From positions 1,120,001-1,184,000 of the forward strand of contig CBDBHB010000008.1 of NCBI GenBank assembly GCA_965205505.1: a DNA stretch of 64,000 nt, given 5' to 3'. Position 1 is the stretch's first letter. Every line of letters starts with the position of its first letter. Position numbers and translations under genes: made by a program. Below the pieces are notes generated by a model. The model saw only the letters and a list, made by a program, of their open reading frames with translations. It searched no databases and was not told the DNA's origin. Of the stretch, positions 49,178 through 58,588 are shown in pieces. This stretch comes from Acidobacteriota bacterium. GTDB lineage: Bacteria; Acidobacteriota; UBA890; WLXD01.

Positions 49178-51139
49178 GTGACCGACCGCGACCTCGGGAT
49201 GCGCCGCGACATCACCCGACGGGATTTCGTCAACGGCGTCAGCGTTGCCATCGGCGGTGCGCTGGCGCTACCGGCCAGACTACGCGCCGCTGGCATGACG
49301 CAGGCCTACGCGCCCGAGAAGGCGGCAGGCTACTACCCGCCGGCCCGCACCGGCATGCGCGGCTCCCATCCTGGCTCGTTCGAAGCGGCGCACGCCGCCC
49401 GCGACGGGATGAGGTTTGATGGAGCCGAAGACACCGGCGAGACCTACGATCTAATCGTCGTCGGTGCCGGCCTCAGTGGTCTGGCGGCGGCGTACTTCTT
49501 CCGCAAGGCGACGGGCCCCGACGCCCGCATCCTGATCCTCGAGAACCACGACGACTTTGGCGGCCACGCCAAGCGCAACGAGTTCGAGCACGACGGCGAG
49601 GTGCTGCTGGCCACCGGCGGCACCGTCTACATGGTGCAACCGGAGCGCTACCCGTTGCCGGCGCGCGAGATGCTCGAGGACATCGGCGTCGAGCTGGATT
49701 ATCCGACCAACAACATGAATCGAGGGATGTTCAGGGACTTGGGCCTCGAGCCGGCCGTATTCTTTCACGAAGAGAGCTTCGGGGAAGACGTTCTTGTCAG
49801 CGGCAGCATAAGGCGACCCAGCGAGGAGTTCCTCGCCAAGACGCCGCTGTCTGAGACGGTGCGCCGAGACCTGCTGCGACTCTGGAACGACCGGCGCGAC
49901 TACTTGCCGGGGCTGTCGAGGACGGAGAAGATCCAGCGGCTGCAACGCACTAGCTATCGCGACTACCTGCTCGATCTCGTCAAAGTGCATCCAGACGTGC
50001 TGCCGCTGGTGGGTGGGATCTGGTGCCTGGGCGCCGATACCTCGAGCGCTTGGTTCGCTCTCTATCGTGGCCGCCCGGGGTTCGAGGGACTGGGGATTCC
50101 GATTCCGGCCGAGTCACCGGCGCTTTCCGACCACGGCAAGACCGACGTCTACTTCCCCGCCGGCAACTCCGACATCGCGCGGATGATCGTGCGTTCGCTG
50201 ATCCCGGCGGCCCTGCCGGCCGGATCGATGGCGGACATCGAGCTGCAGCGAACCGATTACTCGAAGCTCGATGCGCCGCGCTCGCCGGTGCGCCTGCGGC
50301 TCAACAGCGCCGCCGTAGGGGTACGCCATGTCGGCGAACGGGAGGTTCTGAGCTCGGACCCCCGCGAGACTGAGGTCACCTACGTGCGCGGTGGCAAAGC
50401 CTACCGGGCGCGCGGCAAGGGCTGCGTGCTGGCCTGCTACCACACCATGATCCCGCACCTGTGCCCCGAGCTTCCGAACGAACAGAAGGACGCGCTGAGC
50501 CTCGCCGCACGGGCCGTCCAGATGAACACCAACGTCCTGGTGCGCGACTGGAGGGCGTTCGAGGAGCTGGGGGTGTCCAGCATTTCGTGTCCGGGTTCGT
50601 TCTACAGCGCCATCCGCCCTCGCGCACCACACACGCTGGGGACGCACGACCCGCCGCGATCGCCGGCGGACCCGATCATCGTCTCGCTGGGGGATGGCGG
50701 AGGGGTGCTCTCCTGGGAGCCGATGGTTCGAGGTCTACGCCGCGGAGAATCGATTCCACCGGGCACCCCGGTTCGGGATCAGATGCGAATGGTGCGACAG
50801 GCGCTCTTGGAAACATCGTTCGAGGACTTCGAACGGCGGATTCGTGAGCAGATGACGCGGGTACTGGGGCCTGCAGGCTTCGACGCAGCGCGCGACATCG
50901 AGGCCATCATGGTCAACCGCTGGCCGCACGGCTACGCTCTAGCCACCAACACGCTCTTCGATCCGGAGTGGGCTCCCGGCGAGGAGCCCTGGAAAGTCGC
51001 CAGTCAGCAGTTCGGGCGGATCACGATCGCCAACACGGATGCCTCGGGGATCGATCTCACCCAGACCGCCTTCGACGAGGCACACCGCGCCGTCGGCGAG
51101 CTCCTACAGATGCGCCACGGCTGGTTCCCGCGGATCTGA
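49178..51139 (+). CDS. Tat-exported SpdH-like FAD oxidoreductase, copy 2
   Basis: ITRRDFVNG; VVGAGLSGL; ENHDDFGGHAKRNEF; VNRWPHGYA. Confidence 0.85.
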   Translation: MTDRDLGMRRDITRRDFVNGVSVAIGGALALPARLRAAGMTQAYAPEKAAGYYPPARTGMRGSHPGSFEAAHAARDGMRFDGAEDTGETYDLIVVGAGLSGLAAAYFFRKATGPDARILILENHDDFGGHAKRNEFEHDGEVLLATGGTVYMVQPERYPLPAREMLEDIGVELDYPTNNMNRGMFRDLGLEPAVFFHEESFGEDVLVSGSIRRPSEEFLAKTPLSETVRRDLLRLWNDRRDYLPGLSRTEKIQRLQRTSYRDYLLDLVKVHPDVLPLVGGIWCLGADTSSAWFALYRGRPGFEGLGIPIPAESPALSDHGKTDVYFPAGNSDIARMIVRSLIPAALPAGSMADIELQRTDYSKLDAPRSPVRLRLNSAAVGVRHVGEREVLSSDPRETEVTYVRGGKAYRARGKGCVLACYHTMIPHLCPELPNEQKDALSLAARAVQMNTNVLVRDWRAFEELGVSSISCPGSFYSAIRPRAPHTLGTHDPPRSPADPIIVSLGDGGGVLSWEPMVRGLRRGESIPPGTPVRDQMRMVRQALLETSFEDFERRIREQMTRVLGPAGFDAARDIEAIMVNRWPHGYALATNTLFDPEWAPGEEPWKVASQQFGRITIANTDASGIDLTQTAFDEAHRAVGELLQMRHGWFPRI

Positions 51140-51227
51140 GTCCCCGCGTCGGCGACAACTAGTGGTCTGTAGCAGATGATCCTGTCGATCGGCCCGCGCG
51201 CTCACGCTGCCTCCGAGACTCCGTGTA

Positions 51228-51698
51228 TTACTGCTTGTCGAAGTGGAGCTCCTGTAGGATCGAGCCGTCCGCCCTATACCACATCACCTGCATCGTTTGG
51301 CCGTCCTCCGACACCTGTCGCAAGAACATGCCGGAGAAGGTCCCATCGGCGCGCTTGCCGAGACGCAGCTCGCTGCGTTCAGACATGCGGATCATCCTCA
51401 CGAGCCCTCTCGATTCCTCGCCGGTGTCGAGGCTCTTGCCCCGGTACCACTGGCCGTCGTCGAAGGTTGCCGTGTAGGTGCTTCGCGATCGCCGGCCGTT
51501 CGCGGTGATGTCATTAATACCCGTCTCGGCGTTGTTCTCATGCTTGAGCGTGATCACCTCCAGCTCCGGAAGCGGGGAGCCGTTGGTAATGGACTTCGAT
51601 TGATCGAGCTTCCAGACCCCGTTAAAGGGATCGGTCTGGGCAGGTGCAGTCCCGACCAGCAAGAGAGACAGCGCCAGCGCTGCGATCGACGTCTTCAT
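51228..51698 (-). CDS. Small secreted hypothetical protein (DPFxGxWK, possibly a beta-barrel)
   Basis: Signal MKTSIAALALSLLLVGTAPA; DPFNGVWKLDQSKS; paralog at 55279. Confidence 0.75.
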   Translation of the reverse strand: MKTSIAALALSLLLVGTAPAQTDPFNGVWKLDQSKSITNGSPLPELEVITLKHENNAETGINDITANGRRSRSTYTATFDDGQWYRGKSLDTGEESRGLVRMIRMSERSELRLGKRADGTFSGMFLRQVSEDGQTMQVMWYRADGSILQELHFDKQ

Positions 51699-51777
51699 GG
51701 TTTTCTCCCTGTTTGTGAGTAAAGCAAGCCCGAGTCGTTGCTTGCCGCGCCGCCATCGTCGACGCCAGCTCCGGCGA

Positions 51778-52503
51778 TCAACGCTTGTTCCAGATGTCGA
51801 TGACCTCGGTATGCCCCAGCAGCGTGGCGTTGTCACCGATGTACAGCATCGCGTCCTCGGCGCGAGCCGGATCCGTCGGCACGATGGCGTCCTCGATGGC
51901 AACCGTGCGGTAGCCGAGGCTGCGGGCGGTCTGCATGGTCGGCACCACGCCGACCTCGGCGCCTACCCCGACGATGACGATGGTGGTGATTCGATTCCAC
52001 CGCAGCAGAGCATCGAGTGCAGTGGCAATGAACGCGTCCGGCCGGTACTTCCTGAGCACCCAGTCATTGGCCTCTGGCGCTATCTCCTCTGGGTTTTCCC
52101 AACCCCAGGTGCCCTCGTGGGTCGAGATCGTCGACGGTGGTCCAGTGTTGCTGGGCCTGTCGCCCGGTCGCCCATAGGTCGATCCGTCCGGATAAGAGGT
52201 CCAGCGAACATAGGCAACCCGCACGTTGTTTGCTCGCGCCGCGGCCAGTAGCTCGACCATCGGGTCCATGATGCCGGTGACGTCGATGCGGCGCCCGCTG
52301 TTGTCGAACGTTCCGCCCTCCGAGACGAAGGCGTTGAGCACTTCATGGACGAGAAGAACCGTGTGCTCGGGATCGAGGAGCACTTCGAGCTCCGGGCCCG
52401 ACGGTGCTTGGACGCTCCCGCGCGCTCCCGCCGTCGGCAGATAGCCGACCGCGACGACCAGCAAAACGAGGCTCGTCGCCCGGACTCCAAGCATGCATCC
52501 CAT
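51778..52503 (-). CDS. Secreted isochorismatase-family protein lacking the catalytic Cys, copy 1
   Basis: TVLLVHEVLNAF, GTWGWE, KYRPDAF..T.LD.LLR, GVGAEVGV; signal peptide. Confidence 0.8.
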   Translation of the reverse strand: MGCMLGVRATSLVLLVVAVGYLPTAGARGSVQAPSGPELEVLLDPEHTVLLVHEVLNAFVSEGGTFDNSGRRIDVTGIMDPMVELLAAARANNVRVAYVRWTSYPDGSTYGRPGDRPSNTGPPSTISTHEGTWGWENPEEIAPEANDWVLRKYRPDAFIATALDALLRWNRITTIVIVGVGAEVGVVPTMQTARSLGYRTVAIEDAIVPTDPARAEDAMLYIGDNATLLGHTEVIDIWNKR

Positions 52504-52856
52504 GTTTCCTTCCCTCCATCCAAAGTGTCGAAAGCCGTCGCCAGACAGCTCGCGCTGGAGCGGATCAACACCCTGCCTAACTCCGCGACGCGAAGCCACG
52601 TTGACAGGAACATCATCCTTTCAATCGCCTTTTTCAAGGGCCCGATCAGGATAGGCGCCAATGCTACTGTCAAGATGACCCGAGATCGGCCGGGAGACGG
52701 CGCGATCCTTGAACCCCGAATCGCAAGCTCAGCGGGGCTACGCGCGGTGACTGCCATTCGACAGAGTCGACTCTGTGGAAAGGCAGTCACCGCGCGTACA
52801 ATCCAGCCACGCGAATAGGAGTATGCACACGTCGCCAAGGCTCGTGGGAGGGCTCG

Positions 52857-54410
52857 ATGCGCCGAACAGTGACCCGATGCAACGTAGGTGCAACTGGCAG
52901 GTTCGCGGTAACGACGACTATCGTGGCCGTCATCGTGTCCGCAGCGGCGTGCGCGAGACCGGCCGGTACCCGACCACCGGACAATACCCAGACGACGGCG
53001 GACGATCCGCAGAATTCGTTGCTGCGATGGCCGCTTCCATCCGGCGCTGAGGTCTACGCCGACATCGACGGTCGGCGCCTCCATCAGTACGTCGTGGACC
53101 AGGCCGAGATGTCGCGGCGGTATCGAGACCAGGGGCATCCGCAGTTCTGGGGCCGGATCACCGGCACGTCCGCCGATGCGGAGAGCGCCGAGTGGCTCGC
53201 CGCCAAGTTCCGTGAGATCGGCCTCTCGGACGTGCGCATCCAACCGCTCGAGCTCGAGCCGCAGTGGATGGCGCAGTCGTGGGAGGTGTCGGTCACGGCC
53301 GGCGGCGAGACCTTCCCGCTCGAGTCTGCCCAGCCGGCCTACCGCACGTCGGCGACACCGCCCGACGGCCTCCAACTCGACGCCGTGTATGTGGGCCTCG
53401 GAAGCGAGGCCGACTTCGCCGGGCGCGACGTCCGCGGCAAGGCCGCGTTCGCCTTCGGCATGCTGGGGGTGCGGTCGGAGCGCCCACTCGCGCGAGCCGA
53501 TACTAACGGCGCCGCCGCCATCTTCGATGTTCGGATGTTGCCGGGGAACATGCGCTACCAGGCCTACCCGGCGCGAACCAGCGTCCCCACCTTTACCCTC
53601 GGAGGCGACGACGGCTATGCGGTCCGCGACCTGATCGCCGAGGCTGCGGCGGGCAAAGCGCCAAGAGTGAGGGTGGCGCTCGATGTCGAGATGGTCCCGG
53701 ATCTCGAGACGGCACTCGTCTGGGGCACGCTCCCGGGCGCCACCGACGAGACGATCTACATCATGGCGCACCGCGACGGCTGGTTCGATGCGGCCGGCGA
53801 CAACGCCTCCGGCGTTGCCTCGATGATCGGGCTGGCGGAGCACTACGCGCAGATCCCGCAGACCGGACGGCGTCGCACGATCGTCTTTCTCGGCCTGGAC
53901 GGACATCACAACTCGGGATCGGGCTCCGCGGCGGGCGGATTCTGGTTGATGGACCACCGGGAGGAGCTCTTCGTGAAGACCGCCTTGGTGATCAACTGCG
54001 AGCATCCGTCGACGGTGCAGACCACGGTCAGGCCGCGATACCTGGGGAAGGACGAGATCATTTGGTCGAATGCGTACATGCCCCAGCAGTGGTACGTCGG
54101 CGGCCCCTCGAGACCGCAGCTCGGGACGATCGCCGTCAACGCCTTTCGAGAGTTCGGGGTCAGCATGTATCTCGAGCCGAACGCCGAGCCGCCGGCCGGG
54201 GATCTCGGTTGGCGTGGCGGACCGGAGCTGTGGCGCTTCGTGCCGGGTATCGCGACGAGTGAATTCTACCATTACTTCCACACCGACGAGGAGACACCGG
54301 AGACCGTCTTGTGGACTGGTCTCGAGGCGACGACGCGGGCTTACGCGCGCATCGTCGACGAGGTGAACAAGCTCGAGCTGAGCGACTTGCAGCGGCCGGA
54401 GGAACCGTAG
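52857..54410 (+). CDS. M28 family peptidase, probable lipoprotein (start uncertain)
   Basis: MAHRDGW, AGDNASG, YFHTDEE; VSAAAC lipobox-like. Confidence 0.8.
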   Translation: MRRTVTRCNVGATGRFAVTTTIVAVIVSAAACARPAGTRPPDNTQTTADDPQNSLLRWPLPSGAEVYADIDGRRLHQYVVDQAEMSRRYRDQGHPQFWGRITGTSADAESAEWLAAKFREIGLSDVRIQPLELEPQWMAQSWEVSVTAGGETFPLESAQPAYRTSATPPDGLQLDAVYVGLGSEADFAGRDVRGKAAFAFGMLGVRSERPLARADTNGAAAIFDVRMLPGNMRYQAYPARTSVPTFTLGGDDGYAVRDLIAEAAAGKAPRVRVALDVEMVPDLETALVWGTLPGATDETIYIMAHRDGWFDAAGDNASGVASMIGLAEHYAQIPQTGRRRTIVFLGLDGHHNSGSGSAAGGFWLMDHREELFVKTALVINCEHPSTVQTTVRPRYLGKDEIIWSNAYMPQQWYVGGPSRPQLGTIAVNAFREFGVSMYLEPNAEPPAGDLGWRGGPELWRFVPGIATSEFYHYFHTDEETPETVLWTGLEATTRAYARIVDEVNKLELSDLQRPEEP

Positions 54411-54548
54411 GTTGGCGGGGGGTTGACTGTATTGCACGTGCTGTTCTTAACTGCCGTTCCGCCTTCTCGGGACGCCCGCGCATGGTGCGGTCAGCTCCAA
54501 CGACAAGATTATGCACCGACACCCAGCGCATCGAGTGGAGTACGCACC

Positions 54549-55274
54549 ATGAGACGTAGTCAGGCATTCCGGTTGTTGATGACAGGCTCGGTCGGCGTCG
54601 CTTTCGTCGGTCTCCTGTGGGTGCCGCTCGGGACGTTGTCCGCGCAGGGCGGACAGGCGCCGCTTTCACAGGTCGTCGCGCCTGAGCATACGGTGCTCCT
54701 CGTCCACGAGGTGCTCAACGCGTTCGTCTCGGAAGGCGGATCGTTCGCCGAGCGAGGCCGGGAGATCGACATCACTGGCATCATGGAACCGATGGTGAAG
54801 CTGATCGCCGCCGCCAGGGAGCAGGGCGTTCGGGTGGCCTATGTCAGATGGACTACGTATCCCGACTATTCCAACTATGGGCGGCCCGGTGAGCGTTTCG
54901 ACCCGGATGCGCCGGTAGCAACCAATGAGATGCACGAAGGCACCTGGGGATGGGAGAACCCGCCGGAGATCGCGCCCGAGCCGCTCGACTGGATCCTCCG
55001 GAAATATCGGTCCGACGCCTTTGTCGCCACCGCGTTAGATGAGCTGCTGCGCTGGAACGACATCACGACGATCGTGATCGTCGGGGTCGGTGCCGAGGTG
55101 GGAATCGTGCCGACCCTGTCGACCGCCGAAATCCTCGGTTACGACACGGTGGCCGTCGAGGACGCGATCCGACCGACCGAACCCGCTCGGCTTGCAGACG
55201 CGATGCTGTATATCAACGACCACGCCAGGGTCGTGACACACACGGAGGTAATCGACGCCTGGAGCAACCGGTGA
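54549..55274 (+). CDS. Secreted isochorismatase-family protein, copy 2
   Basis: Paralog of 51778..52503; GVGAEVGI. Confidence 0.8.
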   Translation: MRRSQAFRLLMTGSVGVAFVGLLWVPLGTLSAQGGQAPLSQVVAPEHTVLLVHEVLNAFVSEGGSFAERGREIDITGIMEPMVKLIAAAREQGVRVAYVRWTTYPDYSNYGRPGERFDPDAPVATNEMHEGTWGWENPPEIAPEPLDWILRKYRSDAFVATALDELLRWNDITTIVIVGVGAEVGIVPTLSTAEILGYDTVAVEDAIRPTEPARLADAMLYINDHARVVTHTEVIDAWSNR

Positions 55275-55278
55275 GGAC

Positions 55279-55750
55279 ATGATGAAGAGATTGGCGGGAA
55301 GCCTGGTGCTGTGTCTCGTGTTCGTCGGAACGGCCGATGCGCAGGAGGATCCCTTCACCGGATCGTGGAAGGTCGATCTGGCAAAGTCGAGCGGCGAAGG
55401 GCTGCCCGCGGCAGAGTTGGTGATCCTCGAGGTCTCCAACAACACCGAGCACGGGACGAACGACATTACCTTCACCGACGGTAGTCGGTATCGGAGCGAG
55501 TACACGGCGCCGTACAACGACGGGAAGTAGCATACGTCACGCAATCCTTGAGACCGGCGAGCTGAATCGCGGGAAGACTATGATGGTGCGGATGGACGAG
55601 CGATCGGTGCTCCGGGTCGGACAGAACGCCAACGGGAAGATGTCCAGCATGATCATGCGCCAGGTGTCAGAAGATGGGACAACCATGCGAATCGTGTGGT
55701 ACCAAGCGGATGGCAGCATCCACCAGGAGCTGCACCTGGATAAGCAATGA
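55279..55750 (+). pseudogene. Disrupted paralog of 51228..51698
   Basis: TAG at 55528-55530 where the paralog has Trp (DGQWY vs DGK*H), plus a 1-nt insertion at ~55546; homology resumes to ...RQVSEDG...QELHLDKQ stop 55750. Confidence 0.85.
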
Positions 55751-55812
55751 CACGCAGTGATCACCCTGATCGAGAGGGGACGCAGCGTCGACGTTCGAGG
55801 AGGCAAGAGGTC

Positions 55813-56265
55813 ATGAAGAGAGCGTTCTTGCTCATGGTGTCGTTGGTGGCGCTCGGTGTCGCGGTGCAGGCAGCGACTGCCTCTGCCCAGGGCCACTCAG
55901 CCCTGGAGCGCAACAAGGCGCTCGGCGAGCGTTTCCACCTGGAGGTCATCCAGGGACAGAAACTGGACCTGGTCGAAGAGCTGTTCGCCGCAGATGCTGC
56001 GATCCACAACGGGCGCCGTGAGTTCGTTGGACCCGACGGGGCCAAGCAAATCGCCGTCGGGGACGCTCAGGCGTTCCCTGGCGGCATGACGTTCGTCCAC
56101 GCGAATTCCATGGCAGAGGGAAACCTGGTGGCCTTTCGCTGGACGATGACCGCCGTCTCGGCCGATGGAGACACATCCGTCTTCGAAGGCCTCGACCTCT
56201 TACGAATAGAGAACGGTAAGATCGCAGAGCTGTGGATCGAATACCACTCCGTTGGTGGTCGCTAG
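55813..56265 (+). CDS. Secreted SnoaL-like / ester cyclase (NTF2 fold) protein
   Basis: ERNKAL, LVEELFAAD, AEGNLVAFRW, RIENGKIAELW. Confidence 0.8.
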   Translation: MKRAFLLMVSLVALGVAVQAATASAQGHSALERNKALGERFHLEVIQGQKLDLVEELFAADAAIHNGRREFVGPDGAKQIAVGDAQAFPGGMTFVHANSMAEGNLVAFRWTMTAVSADGDTSVFEGLDLLRIENGKIAELWIEYHSVGGR

Positions 56266-58588
56266 TCGGTCCTGTCGTACGAGCCGCAGAGGTCGGCACG
56301 ACATCCTCGTGCACGCTCGAACGTTGGAGCTGCAGTTAGTGCGGGAGACCGGATTGCGCTACCGGTGGTGTTTGATTGCGTTGGTGTTTCCGCTGCTCTG
56401 TGCAAACGCGGCGCCGCAAGCTCTGGATCTTGACAGGCAACTCGTCGTCGCTGCGGCGACTGACGACCTGGCCGAAGTCGAGGCTCTCATCAGTCGGGGA
56501 GCGGATGTCAACGCGGATAACGGCTTCGGTGTTACCGCCCTGTATAGCGCCGCGGACTGGGGACGGCACGAGCTCGTACGGCTGCTGCTCGAGAACGGTG
56601 CCAATCCGGACTCGAATCCGACGTCACGCGGCCGATCGCCGTGGGGCAAGACGCCGCTTCAGCTTGCCGCCGGGTCCAACACCGACGTCGCGGCGCCAGA
56701 CGCCAGGGCGGAGATCGTCAGGCTGCTGGTCGAGCACGGGGGTGGCACCGAAGGCGAGGCACTCGTTGACCTCATCCGGGCGGGCTACCTCGATGCGGTG
56801 CGGACGATCGTCGAGCGAGGCGGCGCCAACCCGTCGTATCTGAACGCGGCGCTCGGCGCGGCGCAACGCAACCAGCGTATGGAGCTGGCGGCGTTCCTGA
56901 TCGCAGCGGGCGCGGAAGAGCCGACAGCGGTGGATCGCTTCAATACAGCAGAGCGATTGGAGCGACTCGAGGGCGTCTATCGGGCTCAGACCGGCGAGAC
57001 GGTAACACTCCGGCGGGGTTTCGAGGACGGCGAGCTCATCCTCGAACGGACCGGGCGTGGCGATGTGATGCTCGTACCTGCCAATCTGACAATCCTGCGA
57101 TCCCTCGACCGCACAGCGGTCGCCGAGCTGCGCGGACGGGCCCTACCGCCTTCCGAGCTGGTGGTGTCGGAAGGAGAACGTTCCGAGGAATTCGTCTGGA
57201 TTCGCCCTGTCACCGAACGGCCGAAAGCGGCGCCGGTCGGCGACCGCGTCACAGATCGGCCGCGCGTGCCCACGCCGGAGCTCGGCGCCCGGGAGTGGTC
57301 TTCGTTCCGCGGTCCTGGCGGCTCGGGCGTCGCCGATGGGACTGACCTGCCGACCGAGTGGGACGTGGAGCAGGGGGTCAACGTCGCTTGGAAGACGCCG
57401 ATTCCGGGGCTCGGTCATTCGAGCCCGATAGTCTGGGGTAACCGGGTGTTCATCACGACCGCCGTCCCGGGCGCCGGTGAGGTCGCGACCTTCCGCGACT
57501 TCTCGGAGGTCGTGGGCTCGGGGGTCTTGGCGTTCGTCAGGGAGGACGTGCCGTATTCCTGGCGGGTCGTTGCGCTCGACAAGAACAGCGGTGAGATTCT
57601 CTGGGAGCGGGCGGCACGCGAAAGAATACCGCGCACCGCGCGCCACGTCATGGCCTCGCATGCGAATCAGACGCCGGTCACGGACGGCACGCACGTCGTG
57701 GCGTGGTTCGGGTCCGAAGGAGTCTACTGCTATGACTTCGACGGCAACCTGCTGTGGTCCAAGGACCTCGGTCCGGTCCCGTCGGGCCGCTACTTCGATC
57801 CGGGTTACGAATGGAACACGGCGAGCTCGCCCATCATCCACAAGAATCTGTTGATCCTCCAGGTGGATGGGATCGACGAAGCGTATCTCTTGGCGCTCGA
57901 TGTCGCGACGGGTACGGAGGTCTGGCGTACGGAACGCGATGAGCACCCGTCCTGGCCGACGCCCTTCATCTACGAAGGCGCCACGCGCATCGAGCTGGTC
58001 ACCGCCGCGATCAAGTTCGCGCGCGGCTACGACCCCGACACGGGCCAAGAGCTCTGGAGGCTCGGCCTCCACGGCGACTTTCCGACACCCACACCGATTG
58101 CCGGCCATGGGCTGATCTTCATCACCAGTGGGTACGGCACGGTTGAGCCGATCTACGCCATCCGTCCCGGCGCGAGCGGTGATATCACGCTGGCTGACAA
58201 CGAAGCCTCCAACGATTCGGTGGCCTGGAGCACGCGGCGTGGGGGCGCCTTCATCCCGACGCCGATCGTCTATGGAGATCTGCTGTATGTGCTTCGCGGC
58301 GGCGGCATCCTCACCGCATACCAGGCGGAGACCGGAGAGCGAATCTATCAATCGCGGATCACGCGGGGTCGCAACTACTCCGCGTCGCCCGTCGCGGCTG
58401 ATGGCAAGATCTACTTCGCCAACGAGGACGGCGAAGTGATCGTCGTCAAGGACGGTCCGGAGTTCGAACGGCTGGCGGTCAATCAGATGGGCGAGCCGCT
58501 CATGGCAACCCCGGCGATTGCCCACGGGATGATGATCTTCCGCATGCAGGAGCACGTCGTCGCGATCGGCGCTGACTCAGCTGAGTAG
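56252..58588 (+). CDS. Ankyrin repeat plus PQQ-like/BamB beta-propeller protein (start uncertain, probably further downstream)
   Basis: GADVNADNGFGVTALYSAA, GKTPLQLAA; WSSFRGP, GHSSPIVWGNRVF, YSASPVAADGKIY. Confidence 0.85.
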   Translation: MVVASRSCRTSRRGRHDILVHARTLELQLVRETGLRYRWCLIALVFPLLCANAAPQALDLDRQLVVAAATDDLAEVEALISRGADVNADNGFGVTALYSAADWGRHELVRLLLENGANPDSNPTSRGRSPWGKTPLQLAAGSNTDVAAPDARAEIVRLLVEHGGGTEGEALVDLIRAGYLDAVRTIVERGGANPSYLNAALGAAQRNQRMELAAFLIAAGAEEPTAVDRFNTAERLERLEGVYRAQTGETVTLRRGFEDGELILERTGRGDVMLVPANLTILRSLDRTAVAELRGRALPPSELVVSEGERSEEFVWIRPVTERPKAAPVGDRVTDRPRVPTPELGAREWSSFRGPGGSGVADGTDLPTEWDVEQGVNVAWKTPIPGLGHSSPIVWGNRVFITTAVPGAGEVATFRDFSEVVGSGVLAFVREDVPYSWRVVALDKNSGEILWERAARERIPRTARHVMASHANQTPVTDGTHVVAWFGSEGVYCYDFDGNLLWSKDLGPVPSGRYFDPGYEWNTASSPIIHKNLLILQVDGIDEAYLLALDVATGTEVWRTERDEHPSWPTPFIYEGATRIELVTAAIKFARGYDPDTGQELWRLGLHGDFPTPTPIAGHGLIFITSGYGTVEPIYAIRPGASGDITLADNEASNDSVAWSTRRGGAFIPTPIVYGDLLYVLRGGGILTAYQAETGERIYQSRITRGRNYSASPVAADGKIYFANEDGEVIVVKDGPEFERLAVNQMGEPLMATPAIAHGMMIFRMQEHVVAIGADSAE

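Noticed and set aside
55528-55530. In-frame TAG as possible pyrrolysine or readthrough
   Set aside because: It replaces a Trp (TGG to TAG) and is followed within 20 nt by a frameshift, so ordinary pseudogenisation is the simpler reading
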